Shown piece after piece: positions 60,569 to 60,928 of a stretch of DNA of 60,928 nt (positions are counted from its first letter, which is position 1; every line of letters begins with the position of its first letter). This stretch comes from Patescibacteria group bacterium. Its GTDB lineage: Bacteria; Patescibacteriota; Patescibacteriia; Patescibacteriales; UBA12465. Under the pieces are notes generated by a model. The model did not search any database. It was not told the DNA's origin and worked only from the letters and a program-made list of their open reading frames with translations. The translations under genes and the position numbers were made by a program. The stretch covers positions 1 through 60,928 of the forward strand of contig JAQICS010000032.1 of assembly GCA_027858435.1 (NCBI GenBank), given 5' to 3'.

Positions 60569-60928
60569 CTATTCTCCTACTTGTATCTGTCTAATGTTAT
60601 CGTTAGAAATACCAAGAGCTAATTCTCTCATGATTCTGAAAGCATCAGCTGGTCTACCAAGATAATTCATTTCTAGAGTTTTTGGGTTAACATAGTATGC
60701 TTCACCATTATTCTCTACTCTAAGTAGTATTTGTCCGGCAAATCTTGATGGAATACTATTTTCATTAAAGTTACTATAATTATCTTCAGATATTCCTAGA
60801 CCGAATCTTCTCATAAGTTGAAAAGCGTCATTTGGTCTTCCCATGAAATGTTTAGCATTACTACTTGTATCAACATACCAAGCTTGTCCACCTTCCTCTA
60901 CTTGAAGAAGAATGCGTCCTGATAGTCT
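60569..60928 (-). CDS. C-terminal part of a probable surface protein with GRILLQVE/AWYV repeats (runs off the window)
   Basis: Frame open to the window edge: RLSGRILLQVEEGGQAWYV...GRPNDAF..MRRFGLGIS / GQILLRVENNGEAYYV..GRPADAF..MRELALGIS. Confidence 0.8.
   Translation of the reverse strand, partial: RLSGRILLQVEEGGQAWYVDTSSNAKHFMGRPNDAFQLMRRFGLGISEDNYSNFNENSIPSRFAGQILLRVENNGEAYYVNPKTLEMNYLGRPADAFRIMRELALGISNDNIRQIQVGE

Noticed and set aside
1..60928. Stop-codon reassignment (genetic code 25)
   Set aside because: Conserved genes are full length under code 11 with no internal TGA.

Overview
Very AT-rich bacterial chromosome segment. Almost all genes are on the minus strand and lack Shine-Dalgarno motifs. 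Gene content (lower glycolysis fba/eno/pyk, a DUF4012-like protein, a sigma70-r4/HARE-HTH fusion, GRILLQVE repeat surface protein, short TsaB) suggests a Patescibacteria/CPR genome, probably Parcubacteria (inference). Housekeeping content: rplY, rodA, dnaE, parAB, rlmN, tgt, mraZ-rsmH-ftsL-ftsI-murF, dus, cysS, mnmA, glycosyltransferases, a MacAB-like exporter, tRNA-Leu(CAA) and RNase P RNA. Main items the ORF track does not explain: (1) a stand-alone, highly structured ~265-nt transcript with its own promoter and terminator at 11792-12057 that I cannot assign to a known RNA family; (2) a tandemly duplicated two-gene module (43-aa peptide plus acidic protein with two hydrophobic segments) at the left edge; (3) a 297-bp MITE with 25-bp inverted repeats and a 9-bp target duplication; (4) a membrane-protein gene split by a +1 frameshift in an A9 run; (5) boxA-like antitermination motifs in the leaders of the orphan single genes; (6) a TGT lacking all four zinc ligands. 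All family calls come from motif recognition, not database searches.
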